From contig JADJPS010000020.1 of assembly GCA_016713105.1 (NCBI GenBank), forward strand, positions 62,278 through 126,277: 64,000 nt of DNA, written 5' to 3'. The notes beneath the pieces were generated by a model. That model ran no database searches. It was not told the DNA's origin and saw only the letters and a list, made by a program, of their open reading frames with translations. Below are positions 40,453 through 51,408 of this stretch, one piece after another; positions within the stretch are counted from its first letter, which is position 1; every line of letters begins with the position of its first letter. Source of the stretch: Devosia sp. Lineage in GTDB: Bacteria > Pseudomonadota > Alphaproteobacteria > Rhizobiales > Devosiaceae. A program made the translations under genes and the position numbers.

Positions 40453-40929
40453 ATGACCCGCCTCCACCTCGTTCCCTCGCTGCTCGCCGGTCTCGCCGCC
40501 TTCGCCCTCGATCGCGGGCACAAGCTGCTGCAGGTCGACTTCTCCGGCTGGCGCGGCGGAGAGATCGTGCGGGTGACGGACTTCTTCGACTACGTGCTGG
40601 TGTGGAACACCGGGGTGTCCTACGGCCTGCTCGGCGACCTGCCGGTCTGGGTGCTGGGGCTCGTTGCCGCCGCGGCGATCCTCGCGCTCGGCATCTGGTG
40701 GTGGCGCACCGGGGAAGCGCTGATCCGCTTCGGGCTGATGCTGGTGATCGGCGGGGCGCTCTCCAATGCGCTCGACCGGCTGCTTTACGGCGCCGTTGCC
40801 GATTTCTTTCACTTTCACTGGCAGGATTGGTCGTTCTACATCTTCAACGTCGCCGACATGGCGATCACCGCCGGGGTGTTGCTGCTGGTCCTCGACATGG
40901 TCGGGATCGGGCGCCGCAAGCCGGCCTGA
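40453..40929 (+). CDS. lspA: Lipoprotein signal peptidase
   Basis: VWNTGVSYG, GGALSNALDR, GAVADF, FNVAD. Confidence 0.95.
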   Translation: MTRLHLVPSLLAGLAAFALDRGHKLLQVDFSGWRGGEIVRVTDFFDYVLVWNTGVSYGLLGDLPVWVLGLVAAAAILALGIWWWRTGEALIRFGLMLVIGGALSNALDRLLYGAVADFFHFHWQDWSFYIFNVADMAITAGVLLLVLDMVGIGRRKPA

Positions 40930-41019
40930 TCGCAAAGGCGCCTCAATCTGGCCTTACGGGCCATCATGCACTATAAGGCCACGCGGGCAGTGCGCGGCCC
41001 GGGGAACAAGGGAAGTCTC

Positions 41020-41655
41020 ATGTCGAGTGTAGGATTGGGGCGGCGGCCCAGTTTGCGAGCCGTGACGCGTGCCGGTCTGGTGTCTCTCGGCCTGCTGACG
41101 AGCCTCGGTCTTGCGGCCTGCACCACCACCGAGGGCACCAATGCCTTCACCGACGTCGGCACTTTCGAGCGCGAGGTGATGTCGGAGACGCTCAAGGGCA
41201 TGGGCATGCTCGAGCGCGAGAAGAAGGACGAGAACGCCAACCTGCGCGGCCCGCTCGTGCTGCCCAAGGACAGCGCCGTGCTGCCGGCGCCGGCCGATGC
41301 CAAGTCCGATTCGGTCGCGGCGCTGCTGCCCGAGGATTCGTCCAAGGTCAGGCTCGATACGTCCGGACTCAGCGAGGCGGACATCAAGCGCCTGCGCAAC
41401 GCGCGCGTCGTCGACCTGCGCACCCTCGATGGTCGCCCGCTGACCGACGAGGAAGCGCGCAAGCTCACCGCCCGCATGACCGCCGCCAAGCTCAAGAGCG
41501 GTCCGCGCCCGCTCTACCTGCCGCCCGAGGAGTATTTCACCACCGTCAAGGGCCAGGACCTCGTCTGCCTCGCGCCCAACGGCGAACTGGTGCCGCTCAC
41601 CGACAAATCCTGCCCGCCGGAAATCCGCAAGGTGCTCTCGGCGCAGGCCAACTGA
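41020..41655 (+). CDS. Putative lipoprotein of unknown function
   Basis: Signal peptide with lipobox LAAC; RGPLVLP and YLPPEEY motifs. Confidence 0.8.
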   Translation: MSSVGLGRRPSLRAVTRAGLVSLGLLTSLGLAACTTTEGTNAFTDVGTFEREVMSETLKGMGMLEREKKDENANLRGPLVLPKDSAVLPAPADAKSDSVAALLPEDSSKVRLDTSGLSEADIKRLRNARVVDLRTLDGRPLTDEEARKLTARMTAAKLKSGPRPLYLPPEEYFTTVKGQDLVCLAPNGELVPLTDKSCPPEIRKVLSAQAN

Positions 41656-41706
41656 CCTCAACTCGAAAGATGCGCCGCCCGTAACGGGTCCCGCAGGAGT
41701 TCACCG

Positions 41707-43581
41707 ATGCCCGATTCTTCCGCCCTCTCCGCGGCCGGCGACCGCTTGGCCAAGGTCATCGCCCGTTCCGGCCTGTGCTCGCGGCGCGATGCCGAAGGCT
41801 GGATCAAGGACGGCCGGGTCACCGTCAACGGCAAAAAGGTGCTGACCCCGGCCTTCAACGTCGGCGAAGCCGACAAGATCAAGGTCGACGGGGAACCGCT
41901 GGCGGCGCGGCAGGGCACGCGCGTCTGGCTCTATCACAAGCCGGCCGGGCTGGTGGTCACCGAGAAGGACCCCGAGGGGCGGCCGACGATCTTCGAGGCG
42001 CTCGACGAGAAGGGCCTGCCGCGCGTCGTCTCGATCGGCCGGCTCGACATCAATACCGAGGGCCTGCTGCTGGTCACCAACGATGGCGGCCTCAAGCGGG
42101 TGCTCGAACTTCCGGCGACCGGCTGGCTGCGCCGCTACCGCGTGCGCGCCTTCGGCGCCGTGGCCCAGCAGCAGCTCGACACGCTCAAGGACGGCATCGA
42201 GATCGAAGGCATCAAGTACGGCCCGATCGAGGCGATCCTCGAACGCACCCAGGGCGCCAATTCCTGGCTGGTGCTGGGGCTGCGCGAGGGCAAGAACCGC
42301 GAGGTCAAGAACGTGCTCGGCGCCCTCGGCCTGCAGGTCAACCGGCTGATCCGCGTCAGCTACGGGCCGTTCCAGCTCGGCGACCTGGCCGAGGGCGAGG
42401 TCGAGGTGGTGGCGGCCCGGGTGCTCAAGGAGCAGCTCGGCAAGCGGCTCGCGGCCGAGGCCAACACCGATTTCGACAGCGACATGCCCGAGGTCGCGGT
42501 GCACAAGAAGCGTGCCGCCAACCCGAACCTCAGGGCTGCCGCGCCCGGCAAGGCGCCGGCCAAGGCCTCGCCGCGCAACGACATGGCCCACCGCTTCCGC
42601 TTCGAGGACGACGATACCGAGGCCGCGGCGCTGGCCGCCCGCGCCGAGCGACCGCGCACCGACCGGCCGGGCGGACGCTTCCCGGTGACGCCGCGCCCCG
42701 CCAAGTCCCCGCGTCCGGAGCCCGAGACCATCACCCGCACCATCCACCACGAGGATGGCAGCGAGGAGACGATCACCGTCAAGGCGCCCCGCGCCCCGCG
42801 CGCTGAGGCGCGCTGGGACCCCGAGGACAGCTCGGCCCGCAATTTCGGCCGCCCCGACCCCGGCGATCGTCCGGACCGCAAGCCGCGCGCTGCCGACGAC
42901 GCGGAGCGCCCCCGCCGGAGTTTCGACGACAAGCCCCGTCAGGGCGGCAAGCCCCGACCCGGCGGAAAATCGTTCGGGGACAAGCCGTTCGCGAGCAAGC
43001 CGTTCGGCGACAAGCCGCGTCGTCCGCGGCCCGACGGCGATGACCGACCCAAGCGTCCCTACGGCGACCGGCCGCAGGGCAGCCGCCCGCCGCGCGATGC
43101 GGCCGACCGACCGTCCCGACCCTATGGCGACAAGCCCCGTGCGGCCCGTCCGACCGGCGACGGCGCCGCGCGCCCCAGCCGCTCGTATGGCGACAACAAG
43201 CCGTACGGGGCCCGTCCGCCCCGCGATGCCGGCGATCGGCCGCCACGCGCCCACGATGGCAAGAAGCCCTATGCGCCCCGCGATGCCGGCGATCGCCCGG
43301 CGCGGAGCTTCGGCGGCAAGCCGGGCACTTTCGGTGACAAGAAGCCCTATGGGGACAAGAAGCCCTATGGCACCCGGCCACCGCGCCCGGATGGGGATCG
43401 TCCGACCCGTTCCCGGCCCGCTTCCGGCGACAAGCCCGGCGGCGCCCGCTCCGGCAAGCCCTTCGCCGGCAAACCCTCTGCTGGCAAGCCCTTCGCCGGC
43501 AGGCCTGGCGGTGCGCGGCCCGGCGGCAGCGCCCGTCCCGCCGGCGACAAGCCGCGCGGGCCGAGGAAGCCGCGGCCCTAG
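41707..43581 (+). CDS. rluB: rRNA pseudouridine synthase (RluB-like) with long low-complexity C-tail
   Basis: S4 domain AKVIARSGLCSRRDAE, YHKPAG, GRLDINTEGLLL, EGKNREV, LIRVSYGP. Confidence 0.9.
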   Translation: MPDSSALSAAGDRLAKVIARSGLCSRRDAEGWIKDGRVTVNGKKVLTPAFNVGEADKIKVDGEPLAARQGTRVWLYHKPAGLVVTEKDPEGRPTIFEALDEKGLPRVVSIGRLDINTEGLLLVTNDGGLKRVLELPATGWLRRYRVRAFGAVAQQQLDTLKDGIEIEGIKYGPIEAILERTQGANSWLVLGLREGKNREVKNVLGALGLQVNRLIRVSYGPFQLGDLAEGEVEVVAARVLKEQLGKRLAAEANTDFDSDMPEVAVHKKRAANPNLRAAAPGKAPAKASPRNDMAHRFRFEDDDTEAAALAARAERPRTDRPGGRFPVTPRPAKSPRPEPETITRTIHHEDGSEETITVKAPRAPRAEARWDPEDSSARNFGRPDPGDRPDRKPRAADDAERPRRSFDDKPRQGGKPRPGGKSFGDKPFASKPFGDKPRRPRPDGDDRPKRPYGDRPQGSRPPRDAADRPSRPYGDKPRAARPTGDGAARPSRSYGDNKPYGARPPRDAGDRPPRAHDGKKPYAPRDAGDRPARSFGGKPGTFGDKKPYGDKKPYGTRPPRPDGDRPTRSRPASGDKPGGARSGKPFAGKPSAGKPFAGRPGGARPGGSARPAGDKPRGPRKPRP

Positions 43582-43584
43582 CCG

Positions 43585-44139
43585 ATGCGCATCATTTCCG
43601 GCAGGTTCCGCGGCAAGGCGCTGCTCCCGCCGTCCGACGCGGGCATCAGGCCGACGGCGGACCGGACGCGCGAGGCGGTGTTCAACATCCTCGCGAGCCG
43701 CATCGGCGTGCATCTCGATGGCGTGAAGGTGCTCGACCTGTTCGCCGGCACCGGCGCGCTCGGCCTCGAGGCGCTGTCGCGCGGTGCCGCCAGCGTCGTC
43801 TTCGTCGACACCGGTGCCGAGGCGCGCGGCCTGATCCGCGACCACATCGAAGCCTTCGGAGCCGGCGGCGTGGCCAAGCTGCTGCGCCGGGACGCTACCG
43901 ATCTCGGTCCCGCCGGCACGCTCGGTCCGTTCGACCTGGTGTTCCTCGATCCGCCCTACGGCCAGGGCCTCGGCGAACGCGCACTCGCGTCCCTGAAGGC
44001 CGGCAACTGGCTCGGCAAGGACGCCACCATCGTCCTCGAGGAGAGCAGCGACATCGAACTCGACCTGCCCGAAGGCTTCGAGCTGGACGACCGTCGCGAC
44101 TACGGCGCCGCGGCGGTGCATTTCATCCGGCAGGGGTGA
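43585..44139 (+). CDS. rsmD: 16S rRNA m2G966 methyltransferase
   Basis: MRIISGRFRG, RPTADRTREAVFN, LDLFAGTGALGLEALSRG, FLDPPY. Confidence 0.95.
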   Translation: MRIISGRFRGKALLPPSDAGIRPTADRTREAVFNILASRIGVHLDGVKVLDLFAGTGALGLEALSRGAASVVFVDTGAEARGLIRDHIEAFGAGGVAKLLRRDATDLGPAGTLGPFDLVFLDPPYGQGLGERALASLKAGNWLGKDATIVLEESSDIELDLPEGFELDDRRDYGAAAVHFIRQG

Positions 44140-44165
44140 TACGAGGTCCGGTCTCGCCGGCCCGA

Positions 44166-45959
44166 CTACCGCGTCCGCCCGAACAGCCGCTCGATATCCG
44201 CCTTCTTCAATTCCACATAGGTCGGGCGGCCGTGGATGCACTGGCCGGAGTGCGGCGTTGCCTCCATCTCGCGCAGCAGGGCGTTCATCTCCTCGACCCT
44301 GAGGCGCCGGCCCGAGCGCACCGAGCCGTGGCAGGCCATGCGGCCGATGATCGCCTCGAGCCGGTCGCTGAGCGCCGCCGTCGAGTCCCACTCGGCGAGG
44401 CCGTCGGCGAGGTCCCGGACCAGCCCCTCGATATCGGCCTGACCGAGCAGCGCCGGCGTTTCGCGCACCGCGACGGCGCGCCGGCCGAAGCGCTCGACCA
44501 CCAGCCCGAGCCGCTCGAGCACCGGGGCCGCGGCCTCGAGCCGCGCGCAGTCGTCCTCCGGCAGTTCGAGCACCACCGGGATGAGCTGCAGCTGGCTCGG
44601 TACCGGACCCGAGGCGAGCTGGGCCTTGAAGCGCTCGTAGACCAGCCGTTCGTGCGCGGCGTGCTGATCGACCAGCAGCAGGCTGTCCCCGCTCTGCGCC
44701 ACGATGAAGTTGTCGAACATCTGTGCCCGCGCGGTGCCGAGCGGGTAGTCGACCGGCGTGTCCGCGGCAGGCATGGAGGCATCGTAGCGGGCGCTCGGTT
44801 CGGCGAAGCCGGAAAGGCGCGACATGTCCGGCCCGGCGGCGCGCCACGAGGTCGGAGCCGCACTCCCGGAACCGTCGCGGCGGACCCCGGCCGGCGCCGG
44901 TTCCGCCGCCTCGGGCACCCTGAAGGCCGAGACCACACCCTCGGCGACGCTTGACGCGGCGCGATAGCCCGCCGCCGCCAGTGCCTCGCCGATGGCGCGG
45001 ATCACCGCGCCACGCACCGCCCCGGGATCGCGGAATCTGAGCTCCGCCTTGGCCGGATGGACATTGACGTCGACCTCCGCCGGGTCGATGGCGAGGAACA
45101 GCGCGATCACCGGGAAGCGGTCACGGAACACGAAATCGGCATAGGCGGCGCGCACAGCCGAGACCAGCACCCGGTCCCGCACCGAGCGACCGTTGACATA
45201 GAAGTACTGGCCCAGCGAATTGGCCCGCGAGAAGGTCGGCAGCCCGGCGAGGCCGGTGACCACGATGCCGTGGCGAACGGTGGCAAGCTGCACCGCGTTG
45301 TCGCCGAAATCGGCGCCCATCACCGCCGCGACGCGGGCCCGGAGCGCTCCGTCGCCGGTCTCGGCCGGCCAGTTCGAGGCGGTCCGGTCGGCCCCCTCGA
45401 GCCCGAACTGCACCTGCGGATTGGCCATCGCGAGGCGCCTCACCGCGTCGGTGATCGCCGCTGCCTCGGCCCGTTCGCTCTTCAGGAACTTCCGGCGCGC
45501 CGGAACCCGGCCGAACAGGTCGCGCACCTCGACCACGGTCCCCCGGTTCATGGCGAGGGGCGCAACGCGCCCGCGCTGTCCATAGCTGACCTCGAGCGCG
45601 AGCCCGGTCGCCGCCACGGCCTGTCGCGTCGCGATCCTCAGGTCTGCCACCGAACCGATGGACGCCAGCGCCTCGCCGCGGAACCCGAGCGTGCGGATGT
45701 CGTCGAGCCCTTCGTCGGGGAGCTTCGAGGTGGCATGCCGTTCGACCGAGAGCCTGAGATCGGCCTCGTCCATCCCCGTCCCGTCATCCTCGACGCGGAT
45801 GAGCGCGATACCGCCCCCGGCCGTCGTCACCCGGATGCGGCCGGCCCCGGCGTCGATGGCGTTCTCGATGAGCTCCTTGACCACGCTCGCCGGCCGCTCC
45901 ACCACTTCGCCCGCGGCGATGCGGTTGATCAGGTCCTCGGGCAGCTGGCGGATGGGCAC
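44166..45959 (-). CDS. mutL: DNA mismatch repair endonuclease MutL
   Basis: IAAGEVVERPASVVKELIENAIDAG, HATSK, GFRGEALASI, DQHAAHER, ACHGSVRSG, CIHGRPT; GTG start after AAGGAG. Confidence 0.97.
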   Translation of the reverse strand: MPIRQLPEDLINRIAAGEVVERPASVVKELIENAIDAGAGRIRVTTAGGGIALIRVEDDGTGMDEADLRLSVERHATSKLPDEGLDDIRTLGFRGEALASIGSVADLRIATRQAVAATGLALEVSYGQRGRVAPLAMNRGTVVEVRDLFGRVPARRKFLKSERAEAAAITDAVRRLAMANPQVQFGLEGADRTASNWPAETGDGALRARVAAVMGADFGDNAVQLATVRHGIVVTGLAGLPTFSRANSLGQYFYVNGRSVRDRVLVSAVRAAYADFVFRDRFPVIALFLAIDPAEVDVNVHPAKAELRFRDPGAVRGAVIRAIGEALAAAGYRAASSVAEGVVSAFRVPEAAEPAPAGVRRDGSGSAAPTSWRAAGPDMSRLSGFAEPSARYDASMPAADTPVDYPLGTARAQMFDNFIVAQSGDSLLLVDQHAAHERLVYERFKAQLASGPVPSQLQLIPVVLELPEDDCARLEAAAPVLERLGLVVERFGRRAVAVRETPALLGQADIEGLVRDLADGLAEWDSTAALSDRLEAIIGRMACHGSVRSGRRLRVEEMNALLREMEATPHSGQCIHGRPTYVELKKADIERLFGRTR

Positions 45960-46051
45960 GGGCGAATCTCCTTGCCCCATATGTAGGCGATCGCGCCGAC
46001 GCTGCCGACCCGCGGTTGACTTGCCGCACAGTTTCGGTTGATGCGTGACCC

Positions 46052-46888
46052 ATGTACCTGCACCTGGCCGAGTTCTTCGCCCGCCCCGAGCCGTTCTCGC
46101 GCTACACCACGCGGCGGCTGTGGACCGATCCGCATATGGCGCGGCAGATGCTGGCGGCCCATCCCGATCCCGACCACGACCTGGCCTCGCGCCGTCCCGC
46201 GACCATCGGCAGCTTCGTGTCCTGGCTCGACCGGCGGATCGGGCTTGCGGGCCGCCGCGTGCTCGACCTCGGCTGCGGTCCGGGCCTCTATTGCGAGCGC
46301 ATGGCGCTGCGGGGCGCACGCGTCACCGGGCTCGACTTTTCCGCCCATTCCCTGGCCCATGCCCGGCAGAGCGCCGCGACGCAGGGCCTCGCCATCGCCT
46401 ATCGCGAGGCCGACTATCTCGCCGACCCGCTGCCCGGTCCGGTCGACCTCGTCAGCCTGATCTACGGCGACTTCTGCGCCTTGTCGCCGGATCGCCGCCG
46501 GCTGTTGCTCGGGCGGATCGCCGACATCCTCGCGCCCGGTGGGCGCCTGGTCCTCGATCTGTTCAGCCTCGGCCAGTTCGACGCCCTGCGCGAGGCGGAG
46601 GCCTTCACCCACCATCGCGACGGCGGCTTCTGGGCCCCGGGCGACCACTTCGTGTTCAGCGCGAGCTTCCTCTATCCGGAGGCGTCGATCGGCCTCGAGC
46701 GCTATCTCGTGGTCCGGCCCGAGGAGACCTTCGAGATCTGCAACTGGATGCAGTACTACACCCCGCAATCACTTGCCGCGGAACTGGCCGCCGCCGGGTT
46801 CCGGGCGTCCGAGGCGCTCGATTTCGTCACCGGCGCGCCGTGGCAACCTGCCGCCTCGGCCTTCGCCGTGATCGCGGAACGGAGCTGA
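46052..46888 (+). CDS. Class I SAM-dependent methyltransferase
   Basis: VLDLGCGPGLY, VTGLDFS, LAPGGRLVLD. Confidence 0.88.
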   Translation: MYLHLAEFFARPEPFSRYTTRRLWTDPHMARQMLAAHPDPDHDLASRRPATIGSFVSWLDRRIGLAGRRVLDLGCGPGLYCERMALRGARVTGLDFSAHSLAHARQSAATQGLAIAYREADYLADPLPGPVDLVSLIYGDFCALSPDRRRLLLGRIADILAPGGRLVLDLFSLGQFDALREAEAFTHHRDGGFWAPGDHFVFSASFLYPEASIGLERYLVVRPEETFEICNWMQYYTPQSLAAELAAAGFRASEALDFVTGAPWQPAASAFAVIAERS

Positions 46889-46892
46889 GCCG

Positions 46893-47333
46893 ATGCCAAC
46901 TCCGATGGAACTCGCCCTCGGCCTCGCCGAAGCCGCCGAGGCGGCGGGCGAGGCGCCGGTCGGTGCGGTCATCGTCGAAGGCGACACCGTGCTCGCCGCC
47001 GAGCGCAACCGCATGCGCGAGCTGAACGACCCCACGGCGCATGCCGAATTCCTCGCCATCCGGGCCGCGCTCGCGGCCCGTGGTACCGGCCGGCTCGACG
47101 GCTGCGACCTCTACGTGACGCTCGAGCCCTGCCCCATGTGCGCCGGGGCCATCGCCCATGCGCGCGTGCGGCGGCTCTACTATGCGGCCGGGGACCCGAA
47201 GGCGGGAGCGGTCGACAATGGCGTGCGGCTGTTCGCGAGCCCGCAATGCCACCATCGGCCGGAGGTGATCGCCGGGCTCGGCGAGCGGCGGGCGGCGGAA
47301 TTGCTGAAGCGGTTCTTCGCCCGGCTGCGCTGA
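46893..47333 (+). CDS. tadA: tRNA-specific adenosine deaminase / nucleoside deaminase
   Basis: EAPVGAVIV, DPTAHAE, YVTLEPCPMCAGA, DPKAG. Confidence 0.9.
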   Translation: MPTPMELALGLAEAAEAAGEAPVGAVIVEGDTVLAAERNRMRELNDPTAHAEFLAIRAALAARGTGRLDGCDLYVTLEPCPMCAGAIAHARVRRLYYAAGDPKAGAVDNGVRLFASPQCHHRPEVIAGLGERRAAELLKRFFARLR

Positions 47334-47346
47334 GCCGGGCGTGCCC

Positions 47347-48216
47347 TCAGCGGTCCTCGGCGCGGTGGGTGCCTTCCCGGTGGCGGACGAAGTTCTCGAT
47401 GCGACGTTCCAGCGAGCGCTTGAAGCTGTCCTTGTCGCGCTCGACATGGGCGATGATCTCACGCACCCGCCAGAACTCGAGCGCGCCGAACGGACCCAGG
47501 TGCGGCCGCACGTAGACGTCGGGCGGATAGGCCGCCATCATGTGCGCGGTCAGCGAATGCATCATGATCTGGGCCGAGCCGAACCAGACGTCGATCATCG
47601 AGTGGTTGGTCTTGCCCAGCTGCTCGGACGGGTCGCCGTTGACGTCGATGCCGACGAGGATGTCGGTGTCGGCGGATGCCTGGTCGAGGGGCAGGGGGTT
47701 CACCACGCCGCCATCGACGAGGAGGTGGTTGGCGAAGGGAACCGGCTTGAACAGGCTGGGGATGGCGATCGAGCCGGCGATCGCGTCGCGCAGCGGTCCG
47801 GTGCCGAACACGGTCTGGTGCCAGGACTGGAAATCGGTGGCGACCACATAGAGCGGGACCTTCAGGTCCTTGAAGTCATGCGGGAACGGCTCGGGCAGGA
47901 AGGCATCGACCACCTTGCGTGCATCGAGCGGTCCGTTGAAGCCGCCCTGGAAGAAGCTGCCGATGTTCCTGACCTGCGCCCCCCACAGCCGGCCGGCGAT
48001 GATCCGCATGGTGCCGAGCACCGCGAAGGAGTGCTCGCGCAGTTCCGCCCCGCTCATGCCATTGGCCCAGCCCGAGCCGATCAGCGCGCCGATCGAGGTG
48101 CCGGCGATGACGCTGGGCCTGAGGCCGAGTTCGTCCATCGCCTCGATATAGGGGATGTGGGTGAGCCCGCGCGCCGATCCGCCACCCAGTGCCACCCCGA
48201 TCCGCGGGTCCGACAC
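47347..48216 (-). CDS. Patatin-like phospholipase (start 48216 or 48264)
   Basis: LGGGSARG, AGTSIG (GxSxG), LVDGG. Confidence 0.9.
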   Translation of the reverse strand: MSDPRIGVALGGGSARGLTHIPYIEAMDELGLRPSVIAGTSIGALIGSGWANGMSGAELREHSFAVLGTMRIIAGRLWGAQVRNIGSFFQGGFNGPLDARKVVDAFLPEPFPHDFKDLKVPLYVVATDFQSWHQTVFGTGPLRDAIAGSIAIPSLFKPVPFANHLLVDGGVVNPLPLDQASADTDILVGIDVNGDPSEQLGKTNHSMIDVWFGSAQIMMHSLTAHMMAAYPPDVYVRPHLGPFGALEFWRVREIIAHVERDKDSFKRSLERRIENFVRHREGTHRAEDR

Positions 48217-48366
48217 CTGGCGGCCGTGGCCGCTCGACGAACTCGCCGCGCAGTTTCCGGACAATTTCCTGCCCCTCGCCGCTGCAGCGGCGTCGGTGCG
48301 ACCGGCGCTGTCGGTTCCTGGGTCATGCTGACCATCTAGGCTACGCCTGCCGGGTTTATAAGAGGT

Positions 48367-49641
48367 TCAGCCCCTTTCGCGCTCCACCGCGCGCCAGCCG
48401 ATGTCGCGCCGGCAGAACCCTTCCGGCCAGTCGATGCGGTCGACGGCCGCGTAGGCGCGGGCCTGCGCCTCGGTCACGGTCGCACCGAGCGCGGTGACGT
48501 TCAGCACCCGTCCGCCATTGGCGAGGAGCCGGCCGCCGACCCGCATCGTGCCGGCGTGAAAGACCATGAGGTCGGGCCCGTCGAGCCCATCGGCGCCGAC
48601 GATCTCGCTGCCGCGGCCGGGATCGACGGGATAGCCGCGCGTCGCCAGGACGACCGTCAGCGCCGCGTCGTCGCCGAACTCGGGCCGGTAGCCGGCGAGC
48701 TGGCCGCGCGCCGTGCGTTCGAGCATCTCGAGCGCATCGGACTTGAGCCGCAGCATCAGTACCTGGCATTCGGGATCGCCGAAGCGCACATTGTACTCGA
48801 TCAGCTTGGGACCGCTGCTGGTCACCATGATTCCGGCGTAGAGCACGCCGGTGAACGGGGTGCCGCGCTCCGCCATGCGGCGGATCGAGGGGCCGATGAT
48901 CTCGTTCTCGACCCGGGCGGTCAGCTCCGGGGTCATCACCGGAGCCGGGGAATAGGCGCCCATCCCGCCGGTATTGGGACCGCGGTCGCCGTCCCACACC
49001 CGCTTGTGATCCTGCGCGCTGGGCAGCATCACCACGTTCTCGCCGTCGCTGAGGGCGAAGATCGAGGCTTCCTCGCCCTCGAGATACTCCTCGATCACGA
49101 CGCGCGAGCCGGAGGCGCCGAACGCCCCCGAAAAGCAGTCGCGCACCGCGTCCTCGGCCTCGGCGAGGGTCATCGCCACGGTGACGCCCTTGCCGGCGGC
49201 CAATCCGTCCGCCTTGATGACGATCGGCGCTCCCCTCTCGCGCACGAAGGCGAGGGCTGGGACCTCCGCCTCGAAGCGGCCATAGGCCGCCGTCGGCACC
49301 CCGGCCTCGTCGCACAGCGCCTTGGTGAACGCCTTCGACCCCTCAAGCTGTGCCGCTGCCCGCGACGGGCCGAAGCACAGCAGTCCGGCCGCGCGCACGT
49401 CGTCGCCGAGCCCGGCCACCGCCGGCGCGTCCGGTCCGATGACGACGAAGTCGACGGCCTTGCGCCGGGCAAAGTCGATCACGGCCTGATGGTCGGTAAT
49501 GTCGCAGATGACGTTTTCGGCGAATGCGGCGGTGCCGCCATTGCCGGGCATCACGAACAGCTTGTCGCAGCGCTCCGATCTGGCGATGGCCCAGGCCAGC
49601 GCGTGCTCGCGGCCACCCGATCCGATCACCAGAATGCGCAT
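48367..49641 (-). CDS. purD: Phosphoribosylamine--glycine ligase
   Basis: [55 protein letters not shown]. Confidence 0.97.
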   Translation of the reverse strand: MRILVIGSGGREHALAWAIARSERCDKLFVMPGNGGTAAFAENVICDITDHQAVIDFARRKAVDFVVIGPDAPAVAGLGDDVRAAGLLCFGPSRAAAQLEGSKAFTKALCDEAGVPTAAYGRFEAEVPALAFVRERGAPIVIKADGLAAGKGVTVAMTLAEAEDAVRDCFSGAFGASGSRVVIEEYLEGEEASIFALSDGENVVMLPSAQDHKRVWDGDRGPNTGGMGAYSPAPVMTPELTARVENEIIGPSIRRMAERGTPFTGVLYAGIMVTSSGPKLIEYNVRFGDPECQVLMLRLKSDALEMLERTARGQLAGYRPEFGDDAALTVVLATRGYPVDPGRGSEIVGADGLDGPDLMVFHAGTMRVGGRLLANGGRVLNVTALGATVTEAQARAYAAVDRIDWPEGFCRRDIGWRAVERERG

Positions 49642-49767
49642 GGGATACCGCCCGACGTTGCAGTGCCTTCTGCCGCAAGCGCAGAAGGCGATCCGCCGCG
49701 CGTTTAGCACTTGCCTCATTTCCCGCCACCCTTGACGGACTCGGCCCTTCTCCCGCACCTGTTGGTC

Positions 49768-51306
49768 ATGCCCGCCCCGCTGACCAACGCCGCCGAGTTC
49801 ACCGTCTCCGAGATCGCCCAGGCGGTGAAGCGCACCGTCGAGGACGAGTTCGGCCATGTCCGCGTGCGCGGCGAGATCTCGGGGTTCAGGGGACAGCATT
49901 CCTCCGGCCACGCCTACTTCACGCTCAAGGACGAGAATGCCGCGATCGATGCGGTGATCTGGAAAGGCACCTGGCCGCGGCTGATCTTCAAGCCGGAGGA
50001 GGGGCTCGAGGTCATCGCCACGGGACGGCTCACCACGTTTCCCAAGTCGTCCAAGTACCAGATCGTCATCGAGCAGATCGAGCCGGCCGGCGCCGGTGCG
50101 CTCATGGCGCTGCTCGAGGAGCGGCGCAAGAAGCTTGCCGCCGAGGGCCTGTTCGCCGCCGAGCGCAAGCGCGCGCTGCCCTACCTGCCGCGCATCATCG
50201 GCGTCGTCACCTCCCCGACCGGCGCGGTGATTCGCGACATCCTGCACCGCATCGCCGACCGCTTCCCGAGCCATGTCCTCGTCTGGCCGGTGCGGGTGCA
50301 GGGCGATACGGCCGCCGCCGAGGTGACCGCCGCCATCACCGGCTTCAATGCGTTCCGGCCCGATGGCGCCATTCCGCGCCCCGACCTGCTGATCGTGGCC
50401 CGCGGCGGCGGCTCGATCGAAGACCTCTGGGGGTTCAACGAGGAGATCGTCGTCCGGGCCGTCGCCGCGAGCCGCATCCCGGTGATCACCGCCGTCGGGC
50501 ACGAGACCGACACCACGCTGGTCGACCATGCTTCGGACCACCGCGCCCCGACGCCGACCGCGGCGGCCGAGGCGGCCGTGCCGGTGCGCGGCGAGCTCAT
50601 CGGCTATGTCGACGACCTGGGGGGGCGCCAGCGGCAGGCGGCGCGGCGCCTCTCCGGCCAGGCGCGGGATCGGCTGCGCGCCGCTGCGGCCGGGCTGCCA
50701 CGCCCGCTCGACCTGCTCGCCTCGGCGCGACAGCGGCTGGATGTCGCCGCGCTGAAGCTGTCGGCCGCCCTCAGCCATGCCGGGCAGATCAAGCGCATCG
50801 CGTTCGGCCGCCATGCCGGCAAGCTTGCGCCGATCCTCCTGGTTCAGCGCGCCCGCGTTCTCGGCACCCGGCTCGACGATCTGGCGCGGCGGGCCGACAC
50901 GGCTGCATCGCGCGTCGCCGAACGCAAGCGGGCCGGGCTGGCCGCGATCCGGCTCACGCCCACGGCGCTGCGCAGCGATATCCGGCATGCCCGGGCGAAG
51001 CTGACGCCGGTGCTCCAACGGCTCGATCCGGCCGCGCGGCGCATCCTCGAGCAGCGCACGCAACGCCTGCTGTCGGCCGCCAAGCTGCTCGAATCGGTGA
51101 GCTACCGGAATGTGCTGGCCCGCGGCTTTGCCGTCGTCACCGACGCGGAAGGCCGGATCGTGCGTCAGACGGTGCAGGTGAAGCCGGGGGACCAGGTGGC
51201 GCTGATGCTGAGCGACGGTACGCTCCCGGCGCTCATCGGCGATGGGCCGGTGCCCCGCCGGAAACCCCGGCCCAGGTCGCCCGACGAGCAGGAGAGCCTG
51301 TTCTAG
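49768..51306 (+). CDS. xseA: Exodeoxyribonuclease VII large subunit
   Basis: [63 protein letters not shown]. Confidence 0.96.
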   Translation: MPAPLTNAAEFTVSEIAQAVKRTVEDEFGHVRVRGEISGFRGQHSSGHAYFTLKDENAAIDAVIWKGTWPRLIFKPEEGLEVIATGRLTTFPKSSKYQIVIEQIEPAGAGALMALLEERRKKLAAEGLFAAERKRALPYLPRIIGVVTSPTGAVIRDILHRIADRFPSHVLVWPVRVQGDTAAAEVTAAITGFNAFRPDGAIPRPDLLIVARGGGSIEDLWGFNEEIVVRAVAASRIPVITAVGHETDTTLVDHASDHRAPTPTAAAEAAVPVRGELIGYVDDLGGRQRQAARRLSGQARDRLRAAAAGLPRPLDLLASARQRLDVAALKLSAALSHAGQIKRIAFGRHAGKLAPILLVQRARVLGTRLDDLARRADTAASRVAERKRAGLAAIRLTPTALRSDIRHARAKLTPVLQRLDPAARRILEQRTQRLLSAAKLLESVSYRNVLARGFAVVTDAEGRIVRQTVQVKPGDQVALMLSDGTLPALIGDGPVPRRKPRPRSPDEQESLF

Positions 51307-51325
51307 GTCGGTCTGTGGCGAGAGT

Positions 51326-51381
51326 GGCCCCGGCGGGACCTCGTCCTTCGACAGGCTCACGATGAGGTCTGCCGGGGCCGG
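51326..51381. repeat. Intergenic palindrome containing a CCTTCGACAGGCTCA(C)GATGAGG-type repeat; likely bidirectional terminator
   Basis: GGCCCCGGCGG-GACCTCGTC ... GATGAGGTC-TGCCGGGGCC between convergent genes. Confidence 0.6.
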
Positions 51382-51408
51382 CAAGCGTCAAGGACGAGGT
51401 CTGCGGAC

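Noticed and set aside
49704-49712. Second CIRCE between purD and xseA
   Set aside because: Only a TTAGCACTT half-site, with no GAGTGCTAA arm 9 nt downstream
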